From assembly GCA_036839715.1 (NCBI GenBank), contig DAITDU010000004.1, positions 5,917-69,916 of the forward strand: 64,000 nt of DNA, read 5' to 3'. The position numbers and the translations under genes are program-made. Position 1 is the stretch's first letter. Every line of letters begins with the position of its first letter. Shown piece by piece: positions 8,694-19,749 of the stretch. Source of the stretch: Clostridiales bacterium. Its GTDB lineage: Bacteria > Bacillota > Clostridia > Oscillospirales > Acutalibacteraceae. The notes below the pieces were generated by a model, which was not told the origin of the DNA, made no database searches, and saw only the letters and a program-made list of their open reading frames with translations.

Positions 8694-9709
8694 AACTGAA
8701 AGCATTTTTGTGGGACCATATTTCTTCCCTTACGGCATCAGTGCTTGCTGCCGTTTTTGCATTTGAGTTTTTCTGCGCGCTTTGCAATGAGGTTTATGCC
8801 GGTGCATATCTCGCTGCCATCATTCTGCTCGCCGAAGCTGTGGCACTTACACTGGAATATCTGAAAAAGCGCGGATTTTACCGTTCCGTCACCCAAAGTC
8901 TTGACAAGCTCGACAAGAAGTATCTGCTTGCCGAGGTTTTGAAAGAACCTTCCTTTGAAGAAGGGAAGCTCCTTTATGAAGCACTGCGTGAATCAGAAAA
9001 GTCCATGAACGACGAAATTGCAAAATACCGGCAGAAATCACAGGAATACCGTGAATATATTGAAACGTGGGTGCATGAAATCAAGACGCCAATCTCTGCA
9101 AGCCGGCTGATTCTCGAAAATAATCCCGGTGAAATCTCATCCGGTCTTGAAGAAGAAATTGATAAAATCGGGGACTTTGTGGAACAGGCGCTTTTTTACA
9201 GCCGAAGCGAGAGTGTTGAAAAAGATTATCTGATCCGGGAAACAACCCTACACAAGTTGGTTGCCTCAGCATTAAAGAAACACGCCAGCTTGCTGATTGG
9301 TGCAAAGGCAGCTGTCCATGCCGACGGCCTCGACCGCACTGTTTTCACTGACATTAAGTGGACAGACTTTATCCTAGGGCAGTTGCTTGCAAACTCTGTC
9401 AAGTATCGAAACGGCCCGCTCCGGATTCGCTTTTTCGGTGAAGAACTCAAAAACGGCTGCGCACTTACTGTTTCTGATAATGGCATCGGCATTCCAGAAC
9501 AGGACCTTCCACGTGTATTTGACAAGGGATTCACCGGAGAAAACGGCCGCCGCGGCGCAAAATCAACAGGACTTGGACTTTACCTCTGTAAAAAGCTCTG
9601 CAACAAAATGGGCCTTGGACTATCCATTTGTTCAAAGCCGGGCGCCGGAACCGCCATTACCATCATTTTCCCCAAAAGCAACATGACTGCCAGCCTTACA
9701 AAACTGTAA
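8690..9709 (+). CDS. Intramembrane-sensing histidine kinase (BceS-like)
   Basis: Two N-terminal TM helices with a minimal loop, H-box HEIKTPIS, and an ATPase domain (DNGIGI...GLGLYL). Start chosen at ATG 8690 (ATGA overlap with the regulator) rather than ORF-track 8564. Confidence 0.85.
   Translation: MKLKAFLWDHISSLTASVLAAVFAFEFFCALCNEVYAGAYLAAIILLAEAVALTLEYLKKRGFYRSVTQSLDKLDKKYLLAEVLKEPSFEEGKLLYEALRESEKSMNDEIAKYRQKSQEYREYIETWVHEIKTPISASRLILENNPGEISSGLEEEIDKIGDFVEQALFYSRSESVEKDYLIRETTLHKLVASALKKHASLLIGAKAAVHADGLDRTVFTDIKWTDFILGQLLANSVKYRNGPLRIRFFGEELKNGCALTVSDNGIGIPEQDLPRVFDKGFTGENGRRGAKSTGLGLYLCKKLCNKMGLGLSICSKPGAGTAITIIFPKSNMTASLTKL
9696..9709 (+). promoter_or_regulatory. Candidate BceR-type response-regulator box upstream of the ABC transporter genes
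   Basis: Perfect palindrome TTACA-AAAC-TGTAA overlapping the kinase stop codon. A further TTGTAAG lies 6 nt downstream. TATACT -10 at 9754..9759 with no good -35, as expected for an activator-dependent promoter. Confidence 0.5.
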
Positions 9710-9793
9710 GGGAATTGTAAGTAAAATCAATGGCAGTGCTTTCTGCCGCGCGCTATACTTTTGGTATTGCAAAGCGAAGGGAGAATCTACGCC

Positions 9794-10561
9794 ATGGAAA
9801 AAACATTGTCTGTTAGGCACCTTGAAAAATACTACGGGAACCGGGGAAATGTTACAAAAGCCATCAACGATATCAGCTTCGATGTCAGCAAGGGCGAATT
9901 CGTCGCCATTATGGGGGCTTCCGGCAGCGGAAAAACGACTCTGCTCAACTGCATTTCCACCATTGATTCCGCAACAGCCGGGCATATTATGATTGGCGGG
10001 AAAGACGTTACCGCGCTCAGGCAAAAAGAGCTGTCACGTTTCCGCAGGGAAAAACTCGGTTTTATTTTTCAGGATTTCAGCCTTCTTGACACATTAACCG
10101 CGTTTGAAAATATTGCTCTCGCTCTCACAATCTGTGGCGCACCTGCTAAGGAAATTGAAACGCGCGTTCATAGAGTTGCAAAGCAGCTTCTAATTGACGA
10201 TATTCTCACAAAATATCCATACCAGCTCTCCGGAGGCCAAAAACAGCGCGTTGCGTCTGCCCGCGCAATCGTGACAAATCCGGCCCTTATCCTTGCGGAT
10301 GAGCCGACCGGGTCCCTTGACTCCAAATCCTCGCGTATGCTGCTGGAAAGCCTCGAGTCTTTGAACCGGAACTTCTCCGCTACCATCCTGATGGTAACGC
10401 ACGACGCCTTTACGGCAAGTTACTGTAGCCGTGTGCTGTTCCTTTCAGACGGTAAAATCTTCAATGAGATTAACCGTGGCAAGCAAAACCGCAAGGAACT
10501 TTTTACACAAATTATGGATGTCCTCTCCCTTCTTGGAGGTGACAATTCCGATGTTCTGTAA
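9794..10561 (+). CDS. ABC transporter ATP-binding protein (BceA-like)
   Basis: Walker [10 protein letters not shown], signature LSGGQKQR, Walker [12 protein letters not shown] 9794 is preceded by GAAGGGAGA. Confidence 0.9.
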   Translation: MEKTLSVRHLEKYYGNRGNVTKAINDISFDVSKGEFVAIMGASGSGKTTLLNCISTIDSATAGHIMIGGKDVTALRQKELSRFRREKLGFIFQDFSLLDTLTAFENIALALTICGAPAKEIETRVHRVAKQLLIDDILTKYPYQLSGGQKQRVASARAIVTNPALILADEPTGSLDSKSSRMLLESLESLNRNFSATILMVTHDAFTASYCSRVLFLSDGKIFNEINRGKQNRKELFTQIMDVLSLLGGDNSDVL

Positions 10562-12599
10562 ACTTGCCTTAAGGAACGTCCGGAAAAGCATAAAGGATTA
10601 TCTTATCTATTTCCTGACGCTTACATTTGGCGTATGCCTTTTCTATCTTTTTAATTCTCTGGACTCCCAGACGGCCGTCATGGCCCTCAGTGAATCCAAA
10701 AAAATCACTATGCGGATGCTGGTTCAGGCAATCAACTATATTTCCGTTTTTGTCGCTGTCGTGCTCGGCTTTCTAATTATTTATGCAAACGGCTTTTTGA
10801 TCCGGCGGCGCAAAAAAGAATTTGGGCTCTACATGACACTTGGCATGGACCGCAGCCGTGTCTCCCGCCTTCTAATGCTCGAAACGCTTTTTATCGGGCT
10901 TTCCGCACTGGCTGTCGGGCTTGTGGCAGGTATTTTCCTCTCTCAGGGATTTTCGATTATAACGGCCCATATTTTTGAGGTAAACCTTGCTTCCTTCCGG
11001 TTTGTCTTTTCAGCAAAAGCACTGGAAAAGACAATCCTATATTTTGGTGTAATTTTTTTCATCGTCATGCTGTTCAACGCTGTTTCCGTCGCCCGGCTAA
11101 AGCTGATTGACCTGCTTAACGGCGGAAAAAAGAATGAAAAGCTTCCTCTCCGGAATTTTGTTCTTTCTGTCATACTGTTTCTTTTTTCCATTATATGCCT
11201 TGTCTTTGCATACCGGCTTTTCATTCAAAACGGACTAGCAATCATGGACCGGAAATTTTCAGAATCTATTCTCCTCGGCTGCCTTGGCACGGTCTTGTTT
11301 TTCTTTTCCCTTTCAGGCATCTTGCTGCGTTCAGCGCAAAAAAGCAAAAAACTTTATTACCGCGGATTGAACATGTTTACGCTGCGCCAGTTCAACAGCA
11401 AAATCAATACCACTTATGTTTCCATTTCCGTAATCTGCCTCATGCTGCTTGTTACCATCGGCACGCTTTCCTGCGGCCTGGGTGTTGCACACACTTTGAA
11501 CGACAACCTGAAAAAGCTGACACCTTATGATGCGTCCCTGGTACAGTCTTTTCCAGAAATGTCGAATTCCCCAGACATCACTGCCAAACTGAAAAAAGAT
11601 GGTGTAGAGATCAGCGCGGCCGCTTCCGGCACGTCACAAATTATATTTCGTACTTCGGACGCCACGCTCGGCAAGATGCAGGTGAGCGAAAAGGAAGTCA
11701 TGGAAGCATTCGGCATGCCTGCGGATTCTGCGAAGCATCTCTGCCAGACACCGCTGAATTCGATTTCTGAAAGCGAATATAATCAGGCGGCAAAGCTTCA
11801 GGGGAAACCGGAAATCTCCCTTGGCTCAGATAAATATGCCATTGTAAACATGAATAACCAGGAAACTTCCATCATGAATAATATTTTGAAGAAGGGAACG
11901 ATCCTGAAAATCGGCGGGCAGTCTCTGAAGCCGTCCGGCTCCAGCGTGCTTTCCACCAGCCTTGTAGACTACCGCAACACGTCGCTCTCCGTAGCCCTTG
12001 TTGTACCGGATCGCATTGTAAAGCAGTTTAAGGAGGATTATTCCGTTCTCAACGTCAATTTCAAATCGGATGCCGCCCGCACTGCGCTTGAGTCAAAGTT
12101 AACTTCCGTTTACGGTTACCTTTCCGGGACAACGGATGCTGACAAACCAGACCGACCCTACGATGAATACAACACACGGCAGTCGATTATTGACCAGCAA
12201 AAGGGCTTAACCACATCGGTTGCCTACGTTGCAATCTACATTGGCATTGTGTTCCTGATTGCGGGAGCCGCAGTGCTTGCCATCCAGCAACTTTCCGAAA
12301 CTGCTGACAACACAGAGCGGTATGGCCTGCTTCACAAGCTCGGCGCCGACGAAAAAATGATAAACCATGCCCTGTTTACACAAATCGGCCTGTATTTTCT
12401 GCTTCCGCTTTTTCTCGCTATTTTCCACTCCATTGCAGGAATTTATGGCGTTAACCAAACGATTAAACAGTCTGGGCGTGTAGATATCACGCATGATGTC
12501 CTGTTTACAATTTTTATTTTTCTTGTGATTTACGGTGCATATTTCCTTGCAACGTACTTTGGAAGCCGCAGAATGTTACGGCAGGATTCCGAAAAATAG
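10551..12599 (+). CDS. ABC transporter permease, FtsX-like with large extracellular domain (BceB-like)
   Basis: About 680 aa. N-terminus [24 protein letters not shown], roughly ten predicted TM helices, and a central soluble domain of about 200 aa. ATG 10551 overlaps the ATPase stop. Confidence 0.85.
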   Translation: MFCKLALRNVRKSIKDYLIYFLTLTFGVCLFYLFNSLDSQTAVMALSESKKITMRMLVQAINYISVFVAVVLGFLIIYANGFLIRRRKKEFGLYMTLGMDRSRVSRLLMLETLFIGLSALAVGLVAGIFLSQGFSIITAHIFEVNLASFRFVFSAKALEKTILYFGVIFFIVMLFNAVSVARLKLIDLLNGGKKNEKLPLRNFVLSVILFLFSIICLVFAYRLFIQNGLAIMDRKFSESILLGCLGTVLFFFSLSGILLRSAQKSKKLYYRGLNMFTLRQFNSKINTTYVSISVICLMLLVTIGTLSCGLGVAHTLNDNLKKLTPYDASLVQSFPEMSNSPDITAKLKKDGVEISAAASGTSQIIFRTSDATLGKMQVSEKEVMEAFGMPADSAKHLCQTPLNSISESEYNQAAKLQGKPEISLGSDKYAIVNMNNQETSIMNNILKKGTILKIGGQSLKPSGSSVLSTSLVDYRNTSLSVALVVPDRIVKQFKEDYSVLNVNFKSDAARTALESKLTSVYGYLSGTTDADKPDRPYDEYNTRQSIIDQQKGLTTSVAYVAIYIGIVFLIAGAAVLAIQQLSETADNTERYGLLHKLGADEKMINHALFTQIGLYFLLPLFLAIFHSIAGIYGVNQTIKQSGRVDITHDVLFTIFIFLVIYGAYFLATYFGSRRMLRQDSEK

Positions 12600-12614
12600 A
12601 ATAGGTTAAACGAA

Positions 12615-12658
12615 AAGGGGTAAGCTTTCCGCCGATTCCCGGCAGAAGCTTACCCCTT
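12615..12658. terminator. Hairpin between the convergent BceB-like and SGNH genes
   Basis: 13 bp stem AAGGGGTAAGCTT / AAGCTTACCCCTT. The T-rich tract is on the minus-strand side. Confidence 0.6.
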
Positions 12659-12666
12659 AAAACGTT

Positions 12667-13752
12667 TTATTTTCCATCCCAAATACCGTCCCCAAATGAA
12701 CGCAGAAATTTACAAAGCTCTTGGGCCATTTCCTCCGATTCCGGGACGCGCGGATGCCCCTGCGTTGCAGTGCCGTTGCGCGAATACATAAAATGGACAA
12801 TTTTAGGATCGCCAATTTGTCCGCAGACTTTACCGATCGAATTATCCCATCCCTTATCATGGATCAGAATCGTTGTCGCGGCAATAATCAGCGCCCGCGG
12901 GTAGGTATGGCGGATTGTACAGAGGAAAGCCCTATAGTGATTCCGCCAGTTCTCAGCCTCCGGGCCGTTCGGGTTGTCTTTCATAATGTCATAGGGATGA
13001 TTGTCATTCTGGCCAATCGCCACAACAACGACCTGCGGTGTCACACGTGAAAAGTCCCACCGTTTGGAAGGGCCGAACTCCGGGACATATTCAATTTTAT
13101 CCCAAATTTCCTCCATACCGAGGTAATCTGGTCCAAACCATCCTGTCCCATGAAGAAGTGCTATACCGCCCTGTGAAGTATCATACAGGCGCGCATTCAT
13201 CGCCCGCGCAGTCATGGCAGCGTAAGAGTAATAGGAATTTGTCCATTGCCCGTGATGTGTCGGATCCAGATGGCCTACATAATCCATAGCCTCGGTCAGT
13301 TCACCGGCTGAAACGGAATCGCCGAATACTTCCATCACGCGGTTAGGTGCTTTTAGGGACGGTGGAGCGATTATTGCATCCTTGCCGACAAGAAAACCGT
13401 AAAAGGCAAACTGGTGGCTACAGTCCATCCGCTTGAAGAAGAACAGCTCATGCTCTTTGTCTTCAAGGCTTTCCGCAAGCGTCACACAGACCGCCTTGTT
13501 ATGTTCTGGAATGAGTGCTTTCCCCTGCACTCCATCAATGATGAAGCCAAGGTAATTGTCCCAGAACGCATTGCTGTTATCAATTACAGTGCGCAGGGAA
13601 GTCCCGGAAAATCGCATTTCAACTGATGTATATGCAAAGACAAAGACCGGCGCTGCGGGATTGTCAAAATCGATGCGGCCTGTATACCGGAGTTCGGGGG
13701 AAAATGCTGGAACTGGGCGCTCCCCGTCTCGGCAAAACCGGGAAAGATTCAC
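12667..13752 (-). CDS. SGNH/GDSL hydrolase family protein (carbohydrate esterase-like)
   Basis: 361 aa. An N-terminal beta-rich region is followed by the FGDSVSAGE (GDS) block and the IGQNDN block. Confidence 0.7.
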   Translation of the reverse strand: MNLSRFCRDGERPVPAFSPELRYTGRIDFDNPAAPVFVFAYTSVEMRFSGTSLRTVIDNSNAFWDNYLGFIIDGVQGKALIPEHNKAVCVTLAESLEDKEHELFFFKRMDCSHQFAFYGFLVGKDAIIAPPSLKAPNRVMEVFGDSVSAGELTEAMDYVGHLDPTHHGQWTNSYYSYAAMTARAMNARLYDTSQGGIALLHGTGWFGPDYLGMEEIWDKIEYVPEFGPSKRWDFSRVTPQVVVVAIGQNDNHPYDIMKDNPNGPEAENWRNHYRAFLCTIRHTYPRALIIAATTILIHDKGWDNSIGKVCGQIGDPKIVHFMYSRNGTATQGHPRVPESEEMAQELCKFLRSFGDGIWDGK

Positions 13753-13912
13753 AGGAATATCCCCTCTTCTTTCAAAGGCAATTCTTATTTAGTATAGTAT
13801 AGCCTGCCTAATCTGGGGATGTCAAGGCTAAGCATTCTCTTGATCTGTCTACAGGATTCTGCTATGATAACATGTGGAATATACAGCATTCCGTATGGAT
13901 TGGAGATTCACT

Positions 13913-14233
13913 ATGATTCGTGAAATTAACTGGAATGAGCAGGGACTTATCCCCAAACTACTTTATTTTGAAAACGGCAACGATTTTACCGGAAGTGTAA
14001 ATAATACGGGCATGCGGGAATACCGTTACCGGCTTTCTCCTGTGACAGAAAAAGATGCAGATGGAACAGAGCGGAAATATCTCCGTGCAGAAGCTTGGTA
14101 TGGGCCTCTTTGCTATGAAAAAAGCAAGATGGAAGGTTCTTCGGATTTTCCCCTGGATGAAAGCGGACGGAAAAGTGCAATCACCTGGATTGCAGAAGAA
14201 TACAAAAATATGCTGAGCACGCCGGGGGGATGA
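13913..14233 (+). CDS. Hypothetical protein
   Basis: 106 aa from ATG 13913, with GGAG 7 nt upstream. I recognise no family. Confidence 0.4.
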   Translation: MIREINWNEQGLIPKLLYFENGNDFTGSVNNTGMREYRYRLSPVTEKDADGTERKYLRAEAWYGPLCYEKSKMEGSSDFPLDESGRKSAITWIAEEYKNMLSTPGG

Positions 14234-14248
14234 ATAAATCCCCCAAAA

Positions 14249-14293
14249 AGCAACAGAGGCTCCAGCGCTGTATGCGCTGGAGCCTCTGTTGCT
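14249..14293. terminator. Hairpin between a convergent hypothetical gene and adh
   Basis: Perfect 20 bp stem AGCAACAGAGGCTCCAGCGC / GCGCTGGAGCCTCTGTTGCT. T5 on the minus-strand side. Confidence 0.75.
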
Positions 14294-14329
14294 TTCCGGC
14301 TGTGACTTTCCATCACAGGCCGATTTTAT

Positions 14330-15493
14330 TTACAGGGCCATCATAAAAATCTTTTTGACATCTTCCTTAGAAAGCGGCATAAAGCCGTGGTCAAGTCCAC
14401 CATTTGCAGCTTTCTCCGACATGATGTCAAAATGTGCATCGTTGATGCCGAGGTCTTTTAAATGGCTTGGCATACCAATCGAAGTAAAGAACTGACGGGT
14501 TTTTGCAATCGATTCCTTTGCAATAACCATAGGTTCCTTGGAGGAATCAATACCCCATACATTCACGCCGTATTCCACAAATTTACCGATTGTTTTCTCG
14601 TTGAGGACATACTCCATCCAGTAAGGAGTCAAAAGAGCGAGGCCTGCACCGTGGGTGATATCATAAAATGCACTGAGTTCATGCTCCATGGGATGGACGC
14701 TCCATGCTGTACTTTCGCCATAGCTTATCAGGCCATTGATTGCCAGGCTGGATGCCCACATCAGATTGGCGCGGGCTTCATAATTGTCAGGATGTTCTAT
14801 TGCGACCGGAGTGTACTTGATAATAGTCTTAAGAATTCCTTCCGCAATGCGTGCCTGAAGGAAAGCACCTTTTGTGTTGTTGAAATAGTTCTCAAAAGTA
14901 TGGCTCATGATATCAGAAGACCCGGCTGCCGTCTGATATTTCGACACGCTGAATGTATACTGCGGATCCATGATTGCGAATACCGGCTTAGTGATGTCGC
15001 TTCCAGTGCCCCATTTCTCATGTTTTTCCTTATCAGATATCACTGCAAAGCCATCCATTTCAGAACCGGTAGCCGCAAGGGTGAGCACTGCAGCAATGGG
15101 GAGTGCTTTCTTTATCTTACTGGGGTCAAGGACAAGGTCCCAGGCATCGCCATCATAGCAGGTGCCTGCCGCAACCATTTTAGCGCAGTCTATGGTGCTG
15201 CCGCCGCCAGCCGCAAGGACAGCATTGATGCCTTCCTTTTTGCAAATTTCAGCGCCCTTTCTCACGGTCTGGATGCGCGGATTGGGTTCAACGCCAGCAA
15301 GCTCAAACACTGTTACATTCGCCTGCTTAAGCTGCTGCATAATCTGACCGTAAAGGCCTGTCCTCTTGATGCTGCCGCCGCCATAAACAAGAAGAACTTT
15401 CTTTGCAATGGAAGAAATTTTCTCTCCGAGCTTGCTAATCTGGCCTTTTCCAAAATACACATCGGTCGGAATATGGTAATTAAAATTGTCCAT
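14330..15493 (-). CDS. Iron-containing (group III) alcohol dehydrogenase, butanol dehydrogenase-like
   Basis: 387 aa. GGGSTIDCAK motif and conserved His cluster. Strong promoter and SD upstream. Confidence 0.9.
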   Translation of the reverse strand: MDNFNYHIPTDVYFGKGQISKLGEKISSIAKKVLLVYGGGSIKRTGLYGQIMQQLKQANVTVFELAGVEPNPRIQTVRKGAEICKKEGINAVLAAGGGSTIDCAKMVAAGTCYDGDAWDLVLDPSKIKKALPIAAVLTLAATGSEMDGFAVISDKEKHEKWGTGSDITKPVFAIMDPQYTFSVSKYQTAAGSSDIMSHTFENYFNNTKGAFLQARIAEGILKTIIKYTPVAIEHPDNYEARANLMWASSLAINGLISYGESTAWSVHPMEHELSAFYDITHGAGLALLTPYWMEYVLNEKTIGKFVEYGVNVWGIDSSKEPMVIAKESIAKTRQFFTSIGMPSHLKDLGINDAHFDIMSEKAANGGLDHGFMPLSKEDVKKIFMMAL

Positions 15494-15538
15494 TATTTAC
15501 GCCCCCTAATAATTTATTTATGGTATCATTTTAATTAT

Positions 15539-15567
15539 ATTGTAAAATAGATAATTTGATTTGTCAA
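15539..15567 (-). promoter_or_regulatory. Sigma-A type promoter of the alcohol dehydrogenase gene
   Basis: On the minus strand: TTGACA (15567..15562), 17 nt spacer, TACAAT (15544..15539). Confidence 0.65.
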
Positions 15568-15691
15568 TAATATACCAAATACATTTTCCTGAAGCTTCAA
15601 AGCCTGTTAATGCGCATAAATTTGCCTGACTCAAGGTGCTTCGTCGCATGTTACAGTTGAGGAACCCACATGTAAACCGGACTTTCCCCCG

Positions 15692-15747
15692 ACAAAACTT
15701 AGGGAAGCCCCCATCGTAGCTTGTGGTGCTGCGACAGGAGCTTCCCT
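15692..15747 (-). terminator. Putative groEL terminator (nested hairpin)
   Basis: Outer stem AGGGAAGC / GCTTCCCT enclosing the inner stem TCGCAGC / GCTACGA. Followed on the minus strand by AAGTTTTGTC. Confidence 0.5.
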
Positions 15748-15792
15748 TGTCTTTCTACAGCTAAAAAGCTTTCCCTCTCTGGAAATCAGGGA

Positions 15793-17448
<1,656 letters not shown>

Positions 17449-17470
17449 TTAAAAATAATATTCAAAAAAA

Positions 17471-17767
<297 letters not shown>

Positions 17768-17785
17768 TTATAAATTTTGTTCTTG

Positions 17786-17812
17786 TTAGCACTCCTAGTT
17801 CCTGAGTGCTAA
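17786..17812 (-). promoter_or_regulatory. CIRCE (HrcA operator) of the groES-groEL operon
   Basis: Perfect TTAGCACTC-N9-GAGTGCTAA. Lies between the promoter and the groES SD. Confidence 0.95.
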
Positions 17813-17816
17813 GACT

Positions 17817-17845
17817 ATTTTATCTGCTTCCCTTCAAAAAATCAA
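17817..17845 (-). promoter_or_regulatory. Sigma-A type promoter of groES-groEL
   Basis: On the minus strand: TTGATT, 17 nt spacer, TAAAAT, ending 4 nt upstream of CIRCE. Confidence 0.65.
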
Positions 17846-17901
17846 GAGTTTTTTCATAAAATAAAAGAATTTCACAAATTTTTAACAAATAGAAAAGCAC
17901 C

Positions 17902-19044
17902 TTATCTGGCACTTGTTCCTTTTTCGCCAAAATACATATAGTACTGGCAGCGGATCATGCCGTTGTAGAGTTTCCTGCGGCGGACTGCTCTGCGGCCAAA
18001 ACAGCTTTCAAATGTCTCATCCGGGCTGATAACCGCATAGCTCCAGCCGTGGCGCGGTGCAAATGCACGCCCCATCGTGCGGTAAAGCTCCTCGGCAGAG
18101 CGCAAGTCTAAAAGGCGCTCACCATAGGGAGGGTTACAGATTACACACCCGTACTCCCCTTCTGCCTGAAAATCCGCAATATTGCGCTGCCCGGCAGTAA
18201 TACGGTCTGCAACGCCTGCTTTCTGTGCATTGGCACGCGTCAGTTCTACGGCAGCCGGATCAATATCATAGGCATGTGCCTGAAAGGAAGCGCTCCTCCC
18301 TTCCAGAGAACGGGCGCGCTCCCGTTCCTGTGCCCAGACTTCTTTGGGAATACAATCCCAGTTTTCAGCAGTAAAGCGGCGGCCTGCACCCGGTGCAATA
18401 TTCAGTGCTGCAAGTGCAGCTTCAATTGGAATGGTACCGGAGCCGCAGAATGGATCAATAAAATTGGCGTCGTGGCGCACACGGGAAAAATAGGCCATCG
18501 CCGCCGCAAGTGTTTCACGGATTGGCGCCTCGGCAGCGTTTGCACGGTACCCTCGCTTATGCAGCCCCGCACCGCTGGTATCAATCATCATGCTGACACT
18601 GTCTTTAAAAATCAGGAAATGGATTTGCCGCGGCGCACCCGTCTCTTCAAACCAGGAAAGCGAGTACTTCGCCTTAAGGCGTTCTACTACAGCTTTCTTA
18701 ATGATGGACTGACAGTCTGGGACACTGGCAAGTTGAGAATCGAGGCAGGAGCCTTTAACAGGAAACGCATCACGCTTTCCAATCCACTGCTCCCAAGGCA
18801 TCGCACGTACGCCCTGAAAAAGCTCTTCAAAGCTGCGTGCAGGGAAAACGCCCATCAGTACCTGCACGCGTTCCCCATAGCGGCTGCAAATGTTTGCGCG
18901 GGCAAGCGTTTCGGGTGAGCCATCAAAGACAACCCTGCCGTTCTGTGGGCGCACATTTTTCATTCCCATTCGCCTAAGTTCCTCTCCGAGAGGGCCTTCC
19001 AGGCCAAACAGGCAGGGACAGACAAGCTGAAAATCACTCATCAT
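17902..19044 (-). CDS. THUMP-domain class I SAM-dependent RNA methyltransferase (YpsC/RlmL-like)
   Basis: DPFCGSGTIPIEAA SAM motif and NPPYG catalytic motif. Start taken at the tandem ATG 19044 rather than TTG 19065. Confidence 0.8.
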   Translation of the reverse strand: MMSDFQLVCPCLFGLEGPLGEELRRMGMKNVRPQNGRVVFDGSPETLARANICSRYGERVQVLMGVFPARSFEELFQGVRAMPWEQWIGKRDAFPVKGSCLDSQLASVPDCQSIIKKAVVERLKAKYSLSWFEETGAPRQIHFLIFKDSVSMMIDTSGAGLHKRGYRANAAEAPIRETLAAAMAYFSRVRHDANFIDPFCGSGTIPIEAALAALNIAPGAGRRFTAENWDCIPKEVWAQERERARSLEGRSASFQAHAYDIDPAAVELTRANAQKAGVADRITAGQRNIADFQAEGEYGCVICNPPYGERLLDLRSAEELYRTMGRAFAPRHGWSYAVISPDETFESCFGRRAVRRRKLYNGMIRCQYYMYFGEKGTSAR

Positions 19045-19075
19045 AAAAACAGACCGGCCTTTCAATTAAATTCCA

Positions 19076-19107
19076 TAAAAATGGGGGCTGCGGTTTATGC
19101 AGCCCCC
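19076..19107 (-). terminator. Rho-independent terminator of hpf
   Basis: On the minus strand: GGGGGCTGC / GCAGCCCCC stem followed by ATTTTTAT. Confidence 0.8.
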
Positions 19108-19135
19108 AGGCAGTTCACTCTGCAAGCCAAGGTTA

Positions 19136-19681
19136 TTATTCCTTTTCCGGCTCCAATAAACCAAACCCGCCGTCTTTACGACGGTAAACAACATTAATTT
19201 CTTCTGTTTCTTCATTCCGAAACAAAAAGAACTGATGCTCCAGCAGGTACATCTGGAGGACCGCTTCCTCTACGTTCATCGGTTTTACAATGAAATGCTT
19301 GGTACGAACCGGCTTGAGTTCGTCTTCTTCTTCCGCATTTCCCCCACTTGCCTGACCGCCAAACAGAGCAGTAGCATCCACAGAGCGGATTTTCTTTCTC
19401 TGCTCCAGCCGTTCTTTATTCCTGCGGATCTGGCTAGCAAGAGAATCGATTGCCTCATCAAGGGCAACATTCATTTCCTTGAGCGTTGATTCTGCACGGT
19501 ATATCATTCCACGGGAACAGATTGTAATCTCGACGGTCTGACGGTTTTTCTCCAAGGTAACGACAACTTTTGCTTCTGCGTCTTCCTCGAAGATTCGGTC
19601 AAAACGGGCAAGTTTTTTCTTTGCCAGCTCTTTGAAATTATCCCTGAGGCTAACCTTTCTTCCGACAATGATAACTTTCAT
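19136..19681 (-). CDS. hpf: Ribosome hibernation promoting factor, long form
   Basis: 181 aa. N-terminal RaiA/HPF domain (MKVIIVGRKVSLRDNFKE) plus a C-terminal dimerisation domain (KPMNVEEAVLQMYLLEHQFFLFRN). Confidence 0.9.
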   Translation of the reverse strand: MKVIIVGRKVSLRDNFKELAKKKLARFDRIFEEDAEAKVVVTLEKNRQTVEITICSRGMIYRAESTLKEMNVALDEAIDSLASQIRRNKERLEQRKKIRSVDATALFGGQASGGNAEEEDELKPVRTKHFIVKPMNVEEAVLQMYLLEHQFFLFRNEETEEINVVYRRKDGGFGLLEPEKE

Positions 19682-19749
19682 TTTGCCAGCTCCTTCCAGC
19701 GGGTTATTTTGTTCCCCGGATTCTTCTTTTTATCATACCACAAGATTGA

